Below, in pieces: positions 1 to 9,854 of a DNA stretch of 64,000 bases. The translations under genes were made by a program, and so were the position numbers. Below the pieces are notes generated by a model. The model saw nothing but the letters and a program-made list of their open reading frames with translations, made no database searches and was not told the origin of the DNA. The DNA comes from Candidatus Bathyarchaeota archaeon. Its GTDB lineage: Archaea > Thermoproteota > Bathyarchaeia > Bathyarchaeales > Bathycorpusculaceae. The DNA lies in NCBI GenBank assembly GCA_963772455.1, contig CAVYXJ010000007.1, positions 288,001 to 352,000 on the forward strand, in the 5' to 3' direction. Within the stretch, counting starts at the first letter, position 1. Each line of letters begins with the position of its first letter.

Positions 1-1
1 C

Positions 2-364
2 CAATTAGCTGAAGAATGCGAGTTCTTCCATGTAGTGCCTCAGTTCGTTTATTGTGTGCGAAGCAAAGGTTCCAAAGCACGACGTACCATCGCCCGAATA
101 CATGGATTAGGAAAAATTTGGCAGGGTGTTATGAACCTTCCTCCATCTTACACTATTGAAGTAATTTCAGAGATTTTCGATCGGATGTCTGCGGAAGATA
201 AAGAGAGAACTCTAATTCATGAACTCATGCACATTCCCGGTGGATTCTCAGGTGGTTTCCGCCCACACAAAGGCTATGTTGAAAGAAAAGACGTAGATCT
301 CGTTTACAAGAAATTGCAGAACGATAGGGTAGCAAAAAAGCAAAAAACACTTTTTTTCCATTAA
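2..364 (+). CDS. Predicted archaeal zinc metallopeptidase (5' end truncated by the window edge)
   Basis: HELMH (HExxH) motif; the frame stays open back to the window start (QLAEECEFFHVVPQF...). Confidence 0.7.
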   Translation, partial: QLAEECEFFHVVPQFVYCVRSKGSKARRTIARIHGLGKIWQGVMNLPPSYTIEVISEIFDRMSAEDKERTLIHELMHIPGGFSGGFRPHKGYVERKDVDLVYKKLQNDRVAKKQKTLFFH

Positions 365-503
365 ATCCAAAGTTTTCAATGAGTGTTTTCAAGTTCGATT
401 CTATATTTATGTAAAGTTACTTTTTTTCAGCAACGAAAGCTAAAAAAGGCATGCTTAAGCAATTAGTTGACAAAGAAGATAACTTTGCCTTAAACGGGGT
501 TAA

Positions 504-2141
504 ATGATGAAACACGTTATGAAAAGTCTACAACATAACGGCATTTTCGTGCCACTTTACGATTACAAGGGCTTCAATGTTAAAATTCAAGGAAAAATGA
601 TCAAACTAACCGAAAAAACCGAGCCAATGGCTGTAGCTTGGGAACGCAGAAACCTATCAACCACAATGGCTCCTCCAGACACCGTGTTTAAACGGAACTT
701 TATGAAAGAATTTCTTGGCCGACTCAAACAAGAGAATCCAAAAGAAGCTTTCTTGGAATCGTTCACTTCAAAATACCTAAATAACGTGGATGATCCTTCG
801 GTAAACCAAGAAATTGACTTTACTCAAATCAAAAATTTTATTCTTCAGGAAAAAGCTGCAAAAGAAGCTATAACAAAAGAAGTAAAAAAACACCAAGCAG
901 AAGAACGTAAAGTCAAACGATTAGAATTTAAAGAAAAATATGGCTACGCGCAAGTTGATGGACAAAAATTGGAGCTAGCCAACTGGACTTCTGAACCATC
1001 CTGTCTCTTCGCTGGACGAGGTGACCATCCACAACGTGGAAAATGGAAAGATGGTCCAAAAGAAGAAGACATCATTCTTAATTTGCCACCTGAAGCGCCA
1101 AAGCCTGAGGGTAATTGGAAAGGATTAGTTTGGGAACCAAATAAGATGTACGTAGCTAAGTGGGAAGACAAACTAACTGGCAAAATTAAGTACGTTTGGT
1201 TCTCGGATACAGCATTCCTAAAACAGAACCGTGAAAAAGAAAAATTCCAAAAAGCCGAAATGCTGGGTAAACAAATCGGCGTAATCGAAAAGCACATACT
1301 CAAAAACTTAGACGATAAAGACATCACGAGGCGAAAAGTTGCGACTGTAGCTTGGCTTATTTTGGTTCCTAACATGAGGGTTGGTGACGAAAAAGACCCT
1401 GACGAAGCTGATACTGTAGGCGCTATAACTTTACGTAAAGAACACATCAAAATCATAGGTGACACGCTCCATTTTGACTTTTTAGGCAAAGACAGCGTTC
1501 GGTGGGTAAAAGAGTACAAAGCTCCACTTGAGGTAATAAAAAACATTGAGTACTTCAGCAAAATAAGCAAAGAATATTTATTCGAAGGCATTGACTCCAA
1601 GCACGTTAGCCGTTTTCTCTCTGAGAAAATGCCGAAATTAACAGCAAAAGTGTTTCGTACATGGCGTTGTACAAAAACCGTCAGGGAAGAGTTGGAGAAG
1701 AGTGGCGTAACCAAAGATGATCCAGATTACAAAAAACTTTTTGCCGCAAAAATGGCTAACTTCAAAGTCGCTGAAGTAGCAAACCATAAACGCAAAGTTC
1801 CGCCGACTTTTGACCAACGTGTAATGCAAAAAGAAGAGAACCTCAAAAGCCTTGAAGCTCAACTGAAAACAAAGAAAGCTCTGGGTAAAAAGATCGAGAC
1901 ACTTGAAACCCGAATAGAGAAATCAAAAATGGACATTCAATTAACAAAGCTTACAAAAGAATACAATTTGGGTACTTCACTTAAATCATACATTGACCCT
2001 ACAGTCTATGTTAAGTGGGCTAAAAAAGTCAAATTCGACGTTGAAAAATTCTATCCCCAAACCTTACGCAATAAATTCAATTGGGCACTGCAACAAAGCA
2101 AAACGCAATCATCTTGTAATTCAGAGTGCATTACTCCATGA
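504..2141 (+). CDS. top1: DNA topoisomerase IB, eukaryote-like
   Basis: N-terminal LQHNG and F(A)GRGDHP motifs; catalytic pentad in NMRVG, FLGKDS, KVFRT, ANH and GTSLKSYIDP. Confidence 0.95.
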   Translation: MMKHVMKSLQHNGIFVPLYDYKGFNVKIQGKMIKLTEKTEPMAVAWERRNLSTTMAPPDTVFKRNFMKEFLGRLKQENPKEAFLESFTSKYLNNVDDPSVNQEIDFTQIKNFILQEKAAKEAITKEVKKHQAEERKVKRLEFKEKYGYAQVDGQKLELANWTSEPSCLFAGRGDHPQRGKWKDGPKEEDIILNLPPEAPKPEGNWKGLVWEPNKMYVAKWEDKLTGKIKYVWFSDTAFLKQNREKEKFQKAEMLGKQIGVIEKHILKNLDDKDITRRKVATVAWLILVPNMRVGDEKDPDEADTVGAITLRKEHIKIIGDTLHFDFLGKDSVRWVKEYKAPLEVIKNIEYFSKISKEYLFEGIDSKHVSRFLSEKMPKLTAKVFRTWRCTKTVREELEKSGVTKDDPDYKKLFAAKMANFKVAEVANHKRKVPPTFDQRVMQKEENLKSLEAQLKTKKALGKKIETLETRIEKSKMDIQLTKLTKEYNLGTSLKSYIDPTVYVKWAKKVKFDVEKFYPQTLRNKFNWALQQSKTQSSCNSECITP

Positions 2142-2413
2142 GCATAAGGGAAACCAAAGACGGAGTTTCCATCTCAATTTTTGTAAAACCAAACTCACAA
2201 GAATTCAAAATAGAATTCGATAGCTCCGAAATTGTCGTTTTCTCTACCGAGGAACCAGTTAAAGGAAAAGTAAACAAAGAAATCATAAAAGAATTCACAA
2301 AGCGTTTGCATGCTAAAGTTGAGCTAACTTCAGGATTCACTTCTAAAGAAAAACAGCTTTTCATAAAAGGCATGAGAAAGCAAGAGATTGAACAGCTTCT
2401 AAAAATGATTTAA
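2138..2413 (+). CDS. DUF167/YggU family protein
   Basis: VKPNS...EEPVKGKVNKEII...GFTSKEK pattern; ATGA overlap with the topoisomerase stop. Confidence 0.85.
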   Translation: MSIRETKDGVSISIFVKPNSQEFKIEFDSSEIVVFSTEEPVKGKVNKEIIKEFTKRLHAKVELTSGFTSKEKQLFIKGMRKQEIEQLLKMI

Positions 2414-2478
2414 TGCTCATATATCTAAAAACGAAATACACCTTATATTCTCAGAATGTAAATTAGATATTCAATAAC

Positions 2479-2504
2479 AAAAAAGAGAGAGGGACTAACC
2501 CCTC
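2479..2504 (-). terminator. Hairpin plus U-tract downstream of prf1
   Basis: GAGGG (2489-2493)/CCCTC (2500-2504) stem followed on the minus strand by TCTCTTTTTT. Confidence 0.4.
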
Positions 2505-2597
2505 ACCTTACCCCAATTCTCCTTAAACTATTTTTGCAAGTATGATTCTAAATTCTTGATATAATTTTGAAAATCTGTAAAGTCAACTTTCAGATGC

Positions 2598-3866
2598 TCA
2601 GCTTTGTTGTTTGAATCTAAGGATTGCTGCGATGCCGCCGAAAGCGTTCTTGAGCATTTGTCCTTCTTCAGTTTCGCCAGAAATAACCTCAACATCGGTA
2701 TTTGCAAGTTCTGCAAGTTCAGCAATCTCGTCGACAACGTCTTTTTTGTCAACTATTGTGAACGACGGTGCTTTACAAGCTGCACACGGTTTACCAATTA
2801 AACTCTTCTCGAAGTCAGCTACTTCCTTACCCTTAACAGTGTGCTGTTCCTCGTAGCCGCAGGCTCCACATTTAATGGTAACTCGGACCAAATCCAATTC
2901 CTCAGACAACAACACCGTCCGAACTGCTCCATTTTGAAGCAAACGCCGTACTTCACCTTCTCCATAAGTTATCATGCCAGTGTCGTGACCTACTTCATAT
3001 AGGAATTTTTGCATAACTTCTTTTTCTTCTATATAACGGACTTTACGCATGATTTCAGGCGCTTTGTCAACTATTTCTTTAACGCCTTGTTCCTCTACGT
3101 ATGCAGTATCGATAACATCAAGAATTTTGTTTTTCAATTGATAGTTCAGGTAGTCGCCTTTTTCAAAATCGTATTTTGTTGGTCCTGGTCCACCGAGAAT
3201 AATACCTTTTAAATTTTCAATCGGCAAAAAAGTATCGTTAGCATGTGCCCCTACACGTGTGAAATACTCGTTGAGCTGCATATCCCTTAGCCGTTCATAT
3301 CTTCTTGCTGATTGTCCACCAGCTTTAGTTTTGCCTGCTACACCTGAATGCATCTGTCTTATAATCTGCAAACGTTTCCCCTGCAACGTAGCTATAGTTG
3401 CATTGCTAGCGTCTACGAGCAAAATGCCGTAAGCTTCTTTTTCCCGAAGCATATCCTGTAGATATTCTGTGTGGAAACGTGAATCGCAACGGTATAGGAA
3501 AATTTTGATGGGGTCAGGCGGAACGATAACATAAGCTTCCATTCGCTCAGTTCCTGGAGCATCACCTTCTCCAAGAAGAGCACCAGTAAAAATGACAATC
3601 CCTTTTTCACCGGGATCTTTGAATAGCTTGAGTTTCTGCTGTGCTTTAGTGATAGCGTCAAGAACATTCTTCCGTGTTACGTTTGATTTAATGTTGCTAG
3701 CGGTTCCATATTCGTTGCGAAGAAGGTTTAAGGCATCACTGATTTGTTTGCCAGGTGGAACGTATACAGTGATAAGTTCTGTGTGACTGCCCTCTTTGTT
3801 AGCTAGGGAATTGAGTGTTTTTCTTAGTCTAAACAGTTCAAGAGAGCTTTTTTTTGCTGTACTCAA
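2598..3866 (-). CDS. prf1: Peptide chain release factor aRF1
   Basis: TASNIKS, YRCDSRF and AGGQS motifs; Zn-ribbon insert (CGAC...CAAC) in the C domain. Confidence 0.97.
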   Translation of the reverse strand: MSTAKKSSLELFRLRKTLNSLANKEGSHTELITVYVPPGKQISDALNLLRNEYGTASNIKSNVTRKNVLDAITKAQQKLKLFKDPGEKGIVIFTGALLGEGDAPGTERMEAYVIVPPDPIKIFLYRCDSRFHTEYLQDMLREKEAYGILLVDASNATIATLQGKRLQIIRQMHSGVAGKTKAGGQSARRYERLRDMQLNEYFTRVGAHANDTFLPIENLKGIILGGPGPTKYDFEKGDYLNYQLKNKILDVIDTAYVEEQGVKEIVDKAPEIMRKVRYIEEKEVMQKFLYEVGHDTGMITYGEGEVRRLLQNGAVRTVLLSEELDLVRVTIKCGACGYEEQHTVKGKEVADFEKSLIGKPCAACKAPSFTIVDKKDVVDEIAELAELANTDVEVISGETEEGQMLKNAFGGIAAILRFKQQS

Positions 3867-3948
3867 ATAACTTCACTATTTGTTGGGTAATCAGCATAAC
3901 TTACGTTATAAGCAATCAAATAAAAGTTCCGACGTAAAAAATAAAACC

Positions 3949-4962
3949 TTAGGCTTTTGGCTTAGCTACCGGCTCTGTTGCTGCCTCTGGAGCTGGGGCA
4001 CCAATGGCGTCTCTGAGAAAAGCCTTGAAGGGTCCTAACTTTCCTCCATAGTTGCCTGATGAAATCTTCACAACACCGGGAACCCCGATAGCTGCTATAA
4101 CACCCGCTTTTATGCCTTTTTTTACTGCATCTAAAGTTAAGCCGTTTATTACAATTTCATAAACGCTCTCGACACCTTCTGGAACAACGCTGTCAGGTAC
4201 AATTGTTCTAAGAGTTGGGCAGTAAGGATGGTTTGTTGAAGCCTTCAATTTGTATTTGAGTGAACCAGCTTTGCTCCCTGCACGACAAACTCCCCCTGGA
4301 AAAATCATAATAACATCAGGTGCATTTGCGCGAATTGCTTCTACTGCAGCTTCTGAGGCTTTCAGGCCTTCTTGCTGAGTTTTAGCAAAAATCATAAAGT
4401 TGCCACCTGCAACCGCTTCCATTGCACCAAAGCCATCTTCAACGATGAAATTGCCTTCCATAACTGGGATTTTCCAACATTTTCTCCCGCCCACCATAGC
4501 TTTTTTCTGGAAGCCATCACCGAAGTATCGCAGGCTGCTTCCAACGGTTAAGACGCGTTTTCCAGTTAACCCATTAAATGCTGCAGTTGTAGGACAAGTC
4601 ATGGTGCATTGACCTATGCGTTCCATAAGCTGGTGTTTAAGTTCAAAGCGATCACGATTATAAATTTGAATAAGTACTCCAGGACGTTTGTCAGGTGTCT
4701 GATCTGCTGGAACCGCTCGTTCAATGGATGCCTCAGCAGAAGCAGCAATTACGCTTGTGGCAAAACCTGTTGTTAAACTTGCGGCGATTTGAGCCCATTT
4801 TTCGTTTTGAGCGGTAATTAAAACTCTTCCTGCCCAAAGTGCAAACATTTCTGCAAAAGTATCTTGAACCTTAACTATGCTTCCTGAAGGTGATTTTACA
4901 AGAAACATTTTTTCGCTTTCATCGTATCCTTCGATTTGAACATGAGTAATGTTTGATGACAT
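3949..4962 (-). CDS. ftr: Formylmethanofuran--tetrahydromethanopterin N-formyltransferase
   Basis: DTFAEMF, GFATSVI, TPDKRPG, RIGQCTMTCPTTA, FGDGFQ and GNYGGKLG motifs. Confidence 0.95.
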   Translation of the reverse strand: MSSNITHVQIEGYDESEKMFLVKSPSGSIVKVQDTFAEMFALWAGRVLITAQNEKWAQIAASLTTGFATSVIAASAEASIERAVPADQTPDKRPGVLIQIYNRDRFELKHQLMERIGQCTMTCPTTAAFNGLTGKRVLTVGSSLRYFGDGFQKKAMVGGRKCWKIPVMEGNFIVEDGFGAMEAVAGGNFMIFAKTQQEGLKASEAAVEAIRANAPDVIMIFPGGVCRAGSKAGSLKYKLKASTNHPYCPTLRTIVPDSVVPEGVESVYEIVINGLTLDAVKKGIKAGVIAAIGVPGVVKISSGNYGGKLGPFKAFLRDAIGAPAPEAATEPVAKPKA

Positions 4963-5106
4963 TAATGGGACCTTGCCAATTCTGTTGGGAATTGTATAAT
5001 TTAAGAGTTTTCATGGTTTTGTTGGTTTCAACTTGCTGGTTTTTGAGTAATTTCGGGAGATTTGTTGACTAAGAACATTTTGCCTGCAAGAAATCGCTTT
5101 AAAGAA

Positions 5107-5481
5107 TCAAGGTTTATTGCAAGATTTCGGCTTTATGACCAAGGTTGATTTATCGGTTGTTGCCAATTCGTAGACCAACGAGTTTTTTATAGCTTTTTTT
5201 GGACAAGTTTCAGCGCATTGATAGCAAAAGACGCATTTGGAAAGGTTTAGTTGAGGGCGACGTTTTCCGTCAACTTGGACCATCTCTATTGCTTTCGCCG
5301 GACAATCTCTGCCACATAAACCGCAACCTATGCATGAATCAAAATCAAATATTGGTTGTCCACGATAATTTTTCGATAAGGTGGGTTTCGCATAAGGATA
5401 TTTGTCGGATGCGGGTGGTTTAGTGAATACTTGCTCCAGTGCCTTTTTCGCCATTGAAGGTAGATGTAGCTTTTTCGCCAA
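5107..5481 (-). CDS. 2x[4Fe-4S] ferredoxin-like protein (NuoI/EchF/HycF-like)
   Basis: KYPY...YRG followed by two CxxCxxCxxxCP motifs; start reassigned to the TTG at 5481, which has GGTGG upstream. Confidence 0.8.
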   Translation of the reverse strand: MAKKLHLPSMAKKALEQVFTKPPASDKYPYAKPTLSKNYRGQPIFDFDSCIGCGLCGRDCPAKAIEMVQVDGKRRPQLNLSKCVFCYQCAETCPKKAIKNSLVYELATTDKSTLVIKPKSCNKP

Positions 5482-5753
5482 TTTTAACCACCAATAATAT
5501 TTTAATTGAGTGACCCCAAGAATCTTTGCGGGAAAACAGTCACTGCACATACTAACCATTATGTTCTTATATTAATCCCTTGAAGACCACATTTTTTTTA
5601 GCTACCCTCTACAGGATCTTTTCAAGTTTGGATATTATGATCCAACTTGAGTAATATTTGTAGAATTAATTTATTCATTGAAAAGTTTTCCTTAATTAAG
5701 ACTGTATAGTCTTTATCAACTTGACGTGTAATATAGAAAATGAAGGTTAATCA

Positions 5754-6578
5754 ATGAAAGACCCAGTTGACTGGCAACAAATCCTGCTTGAATGCAAAAC
5801 CAATATCCAAACCAGCATCAAACCATGCCTAAAAACTCTCAAGGGACCTCAACCCAATTTGGGTGTAGGTGCAGGCGGAGATATGATGAAGCCAGTGGAT
5901 TTAGCTGCTGAAACAGCCATAGTCGACACCATGCTACAGCATAAGGTTTCTTTTACTCTTATCAGTGAGGAATCTGGTATCAAAGAATTTGGAGCTACTC
6001 CAGAAAAATGTTATCTGTGTGTTGACCCAATAGATGGCACAACCAACTTGACTCATGGTTTGTCATTTTACGCTTCATCCCTTGCTGTTTCAGATAAACC
6101 TAAACTCACCAATGTTTACGCTGGAATGGTTGTTGACCTCGTCCACGATGAAACCTACATAGCGCTTAAAGACAAAGGTGCATACCGCAACGGCGAACGA
6201 ATTTATACCTCAAAAATCCAGTCACTCAACGAAGCAGTAATAGGCATGGATTTGAATGCCTACAAAGCTAAATTGAACATGAAGACCACAGCCGCATTAA
6301 TCGAAAACATAAGACACACACGACACTTTGGCGCCAACGCCCTCGAAGTCTGCCTAGTTGCCGCTGGATTAACTGATGCCTTTATAGATTTGAGGAATAA
6401 AATTCGCACAACCGACGTCGCTGCAGGATTCCTCATAGTTAAAGAAGCAGGCGGAACCGTAACCGACCAAAAAAACAAACCAATAAATGTAAAGTTGGAT
6501 CCAAAACAAACTTTGAGTTTCGTTGCTTCAGCCAATTCGGATATTCACCAAAAAATTCTCAACCTGGTTAAACCCTAA
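5754..6578 (+). CDS. suhB: Inositol monophosphatase/fructose-1,6-bisphosphatase (IMPase family)
   Basis: GAGGD, ISEE, DPIDGTTN and DVAAG...EAGG motifs. Confidence 0.9.
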   Translation: MKDPVDWQQILLECKTNIQTSIKPCLKTLKGPQPNLGVGAGGDMMKPVDLAAETAIVDTMLQHKVSFTLISEESGIKEFGATPEKCYLCVDPIDGTTNLTHGLSFYASSLAVSDKPKLTNVYAGMVVDLVHDETYIALKDKGAYRNGERIYTSKIQSLNEAVIGMDLNAYKAKLNMKTTAALIENIRHTRHFGANALEVCLVAAGLTDAFIDLRNKIRTTDVAAGFLIVKEAGGTVTDQKNKPINVKLDPKQTLSFVASANSDIHQKILNLVKP

Positions 6579-7420
6579 TGTTAAGTTTGCTTTTTCCAAA
6601 CCCAGCTGCCATTGTAAAAACCTCAAAAACCAAAACTCTCCTTATAGCTGACCCACACCTTGGATGGGAAATGCAGTTACAGGAAAAAGGCATACATGTT
6701 CCAAGCCAAACCCCCAAAATCCTAAACAAACTAACCGGAATTATTACAAAGTACAAGCCAGACAGACTGGTTATTCTAGGGGATGTGAAGTACACTGTTG
6801 TTTCCCATGAATTTGGCGAATGGCAAGATATCCCAGACTTCTTTAACAAACTCTCAGGATGTATAGGAAGTATAGCGGTTGTTCGGGGTAATCATGATGC
6901 CAACCTGGAACCGTTGTTACCCGAGAACGTTGAGTTTTTGCCTGCAACTGGAGCAATAATTGGTGACGTAGGCGTTTTTCATGGACACAAATGGCCTTCC
7001 CCCGCACTTTTGGGCTGCAAAACTTTGATTATGGGTCATCTACATCCTGTTGTGGTTTTCCGTGACCCAACCGGCTGCAAAATCATTAGGCAAGTTTGGA
7101 TGAAGACAAAATGCGACCCCGAAGCTTTCGCGAAAGTTCTTTTGAAGAAAAACAGAGTTAAAATTGAAGGTTCAATAGCTGAAACGTTACAAAATCACTA
7201 TAACATAAAGGCGAAAGTAGAGGAAATTTTTATAATGCCTAGTTTTAACGATTTCCTTGGCGGCAGACCCATAAACGAAACTCGCCCCAGAAAAGAAATT
7301 GGAAACGAAGCCTTGATTGGACCCGTTTTGCGTTCTGAAGCGGTTGATGTGGATGATGCAGAACTATTTCTTTTAGATGGCACATTTCTGGGAACATTAA
7401 ATCAACTCCGTCAACTTTGA
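6578..7420 (+). CDS. Calcineurin-like metallophosphoesterase
   Basis: ADPHLG, LGD, GNHD, HGH and GHLHP motifs. Confidence 0.9.
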   Translation: MLSLLFPNPAAIVKTSKTKTLLIADPHLGWEMQLQEKGIHVPSQTPKILNKLTGIITKYKPDRLVILGDVKYTVVSHEFGEWQDIPDFFNKLSGCIGSIAVVRGNHDANLEPLLPENVEFLPATGAIIGDVGVFHGHKWPSPALLGCKTLIMGHLHPVVVFRDPTGCKIIRQVWMKTKCDPEAFAKVLLKKNRVKIEGSIAETLQNHYNIKAKVEEIFIMPSFNDFLGGRPINETRPRKEIGNEALIGPVLRSEAVDVDDAELFLLDGTFLGTLNQLRQL

Positions 7421-7503
7421 TTTGTCAAGTTTTGACCACGCTAAACTCTTATATTTGCCACATGTTATATGCATGATATAGCTAAAGGGGAGTAAAAAAT
7501 AAA

Positions 7504-7656
7504 ATGAAATTAGTAACTGTCTTATTACCAGAAGCATATTTGGAAGGTTTAGATGAATTAGTTCGAGCTAACATGTATCCAAGCAGAAGCAGTGTCATAA
7601 GGTCTTCGGTACGCGATTTGCTCAAAAAAGAGCTTTGGGAAAATAAACGCAGATAA
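7504..7656 (+). CDS. cdrS: 50-aa ribbon-helix-helix regulator, CdrS/CopG-like (absent from the ORF track)
   Basis: Manual translation MKLVTVLLPEAYLEGLDELVRANMYPSRSSVIRSSVRDLLKKELWENKRR; GGGGAG SD-like motif and CTTATATT TATA-like box upstream. Confidence 0.8.
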   Translation: MKLVTVLLPEAYLEGLDELVRANMYPSRSSVIRSSVRDLLKKELWENKRR

Positions 7657-7664
7657 ACTTTCTT

Positions 7665-8432
7665 TTAAAGCCCTTTTATTGACTCACAAAGTGAGCGTGC
7701 TGCAGCAGTTGGGTTGTTCGAATTGGTAATTTCTCTACCAACAATTAGGTAGTTTGCGCCTGCTTTAATTGCGGTTTCCGCACTGCCACCTTGAGCACCT
7801 ACGCCAGGCGAGTAAATATCAACTTTATCTTGGAGAATCTGTTTTATTTCCGCAATTTTCTGGGGAGCTGTAGCGCCAACTACTACTCCATCAGCATTCC
7901 ATATCAACGCTTTTTTTGCAAAGGAAATATATTGAAGAGTTTTTTCGCCTGTTTTCTCGTCAATGATGGTTTGTCCGTAACCTTCGCTGGCTCCTTTGTG
8001 GCTCATGTAGGTGAGGAGAATTACGCCGCGGTTAAGTTTTTTTGAAACTTCAAAGAGCGGCTTTAAACCTTCATCCCAACCTACAAATGGGTTAGCTATT
8101 ATGGCATCAAACCCGGCTGCAAAATAGTATTCGGCTATTATTTGGTTTGTATTGCCGATATCGTTTACTTTAGCATCCATTATTGCAAGTATGCCCAGAC
8201 TATGAATTTGGTCAACTATTTGTTGCACGCCATCAAAGGTGCCAAGTGGAAGGGTCAAATGATGGTTAATTTTTACCGCGCAAACATAGGGTGAGACAGC
8301 TTTTATGACCTGTTTGGCTTTAATCAAAATATTCTCTTTTTTCTCAGGGACCTCGAATGGAAAATCTAAGGCTAAAATTAGGCGAGAATTTTTGTTTTTT
8401 ACTGCTTCATGCATTTTCGTTTTAAACGACAT
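7665..8432 (-). CDS. pyrF: Orotidine-5'-phosphate decarboxylase
   Basis: LALD, DAKVNDIGNT, SPGVGAQGG and IVGR motifs. Confidence 0.95.
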   Translation of the reverse strand: MSFKTKMHEAVKNKNSRLILALDFPFEVPEKKENILIKAKQVIKAVSPYVCAVKINHHLTLPLGTFDGVQQIVDQIHSLGILAIMDAKVNDIGNTNQIIAEYYFAAGFDAIIANPFVGWDEGLKPLFEVSKKLNRGVILLTYMSHKGASEGYGQTIIDEKTGEKTLQYISFAKKALIWNADGVVVGATAPQKIAEIKQILQDKVDIYSPGVGAQGGSAETAIKAGANYLIVGREITNSNNPTAAARSLCESIKGL

Positions 8433-8654
8433 TGAGATCCTCTTGCAGTATTTGTTTGGTGCTTGACTATTTCATTTTTTCCTTTAAAAACTGTTTAATT
8501 CTTCAATTTACATGAACCGAAATAAAATAGGGGAATCTGTTCAAAAGTCTATTCGCTGCTTTCTTAATCCACAAAAGTTTCTTAATTTTGGTTTTAGACA
8601 ACTAAATTTCTGTTTATGGAAAAGTTACTCAATAAATAATTGAGAAGGAAATTG

Positions 8655-9350
8655 TTAGACAGCCCAAACTGATGATTCAACAAGCGTCCAGGTTATTACT
8701 TCTCTCATTTCTGGGTTGTTGTAGTCAGTTATCCAAATTAGTGTTTCAAGCATGCCTGTTTGTTTGTCGAAGTAAACGAGTGTGGTATCGTAGCGTAGTG
8801 TGCTGTGTGTTGGGTCGGTAGCTAGATAAGATTCTCCGCCTATTGCCATAAAGTTTCTCTCCCTTACACTATCTGCGTAAGTTATTGTGCTCGAGGCATT
8901 CACTGTTACACCATCAAATCCATTTGGACGCAGTAAATCACCAACATTAAGATTGGAAGCATAGATAGCCCAGAACCCATTCGCTTCGGTTTTATTTCCG
9001 TTTGATAAATCGATTGTTTGTGAGCCAGTAATTACAGATGCGTTCTTGAATGTCCACAATGTATTAAGAGAAACCATAGTTCCTTGTACATCTGTTATTG
9101 TGATCTTATAATTGTCAGTTTCATTATAAACCGAGAAACCTGGAGTATCAACAGCCGCTAAACTAGTCAAATTTGATGAACCCAATAAGTGATAAGTGAA
9201 TGTGTCGCCTGTGTGAACGCCTAACGCTACTGGTTTAGTTGATGGGGGCTGGTTTGCAAGAATTACTGCAGCAGATGCTGCTACTAGCACTACTAAGAGA
9301 ATAATTGCTATGTAGGCTTTAGTGTGGGAACCTTTCTTTTTAAATGCCAT
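8655..9350 (-). CDS. Secreted/membrane-anchored hypothetical protein
   Basis: Basic N-terminus plus hydrophobic helix; T/S/N-rich beta-type ectodomain with N-x-S/T sequons. Confidence 0.75.
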   Translation of the reverse strand: MAFKKKGSHTKAYIAIILLVVLVAASAAVILANQPPSTKPVALGVHTGDTFTYHLLGSSNLTSLAAVDTPGFSVYNETDNYKITITDVQGTMVSLNTLWTFKNASVITGSQTIDLSNGNKTEANGFWAIYASNLNVGDLLRPNGFDGVTVNASSTITYADSVRERNFMAIGGESYLATDPTHSTLRYDTTLVYFDKQTGMLETLIWITDYNNPEMREVITWTLVESSVWAV

Positions 9351-9471
9351 AGCTCCTACATTGCCATAGTCAAGTATTTAGTTGTTTTCCCAAAACGCCC
9401 TTAAAATAAGTGGGATTTCACCAAAGCTGAGAAGGATATTTGTTTAATTTAACCAGATATTTTGGGTGTAA

Positions 9472-9843
9472 CTATGAAAATTTTATTTTGCTTTCACTCT
9501 CATTTTTAGAGTCGATCGATTCAGAGGCAGCTTTGACCTTTTCATCTTGTTTCTTGTTTAAGCTGATTACGAGTTTATGGTTTTTCTTAACAAGAACCAC
9601 ATCACTCTCGAGAACGTTATCAACAATAACTTCTCCATTGTACTTCATTCGACTCGTGTATCCCAGTTCCGTTAGCGCCTTCATTAATTGTTCTCGGGAT
9701 GCTCTTAAAAGATCGCCTGATGTTTCGGGTCCACGGTTAAAGCAAAAAGTCAGAACCTTCTTTTCTGAATTATAATTTGCCTTAGTTCCTTTACCAATCT
9801 TCTCTACTTGGCCCCATTCAAGTTTTTCAGTAAGCTCTCTCAA
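9472..9843 (-). CDS. Hypothetical protein
   Basis: 123-aa ORF 11 nt downstream of eif2a on the same strand; no family recognised. Confidence 0.6.
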   Translation of the reverse strand: MRELTEKLEWGQVEKIGKGTKANYNSEKKVLTFCFNRGPETSGDLLRASREQLMKALTELGYTSRMKYNGEVIVDNVLESDVVLVKKNHKLVISLNKKQDEKVKAASESIDSKNESESKIKFS

Positions 9844-9854
9844 ATCTAAACCTT

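Noticed and set aside
944-1714. 256-aa minus-strand ORF, and similar long antisense ORFs within the ATPase, RecJ, cdc48 and others
   Set aside because: Shadow frames of well-supported genes on the opposite strand
2528-2752. 74-aa ORF overlapping the prf1 3' end
   Set aside because: Mostly an alternative frame of prf1; no recognisable features
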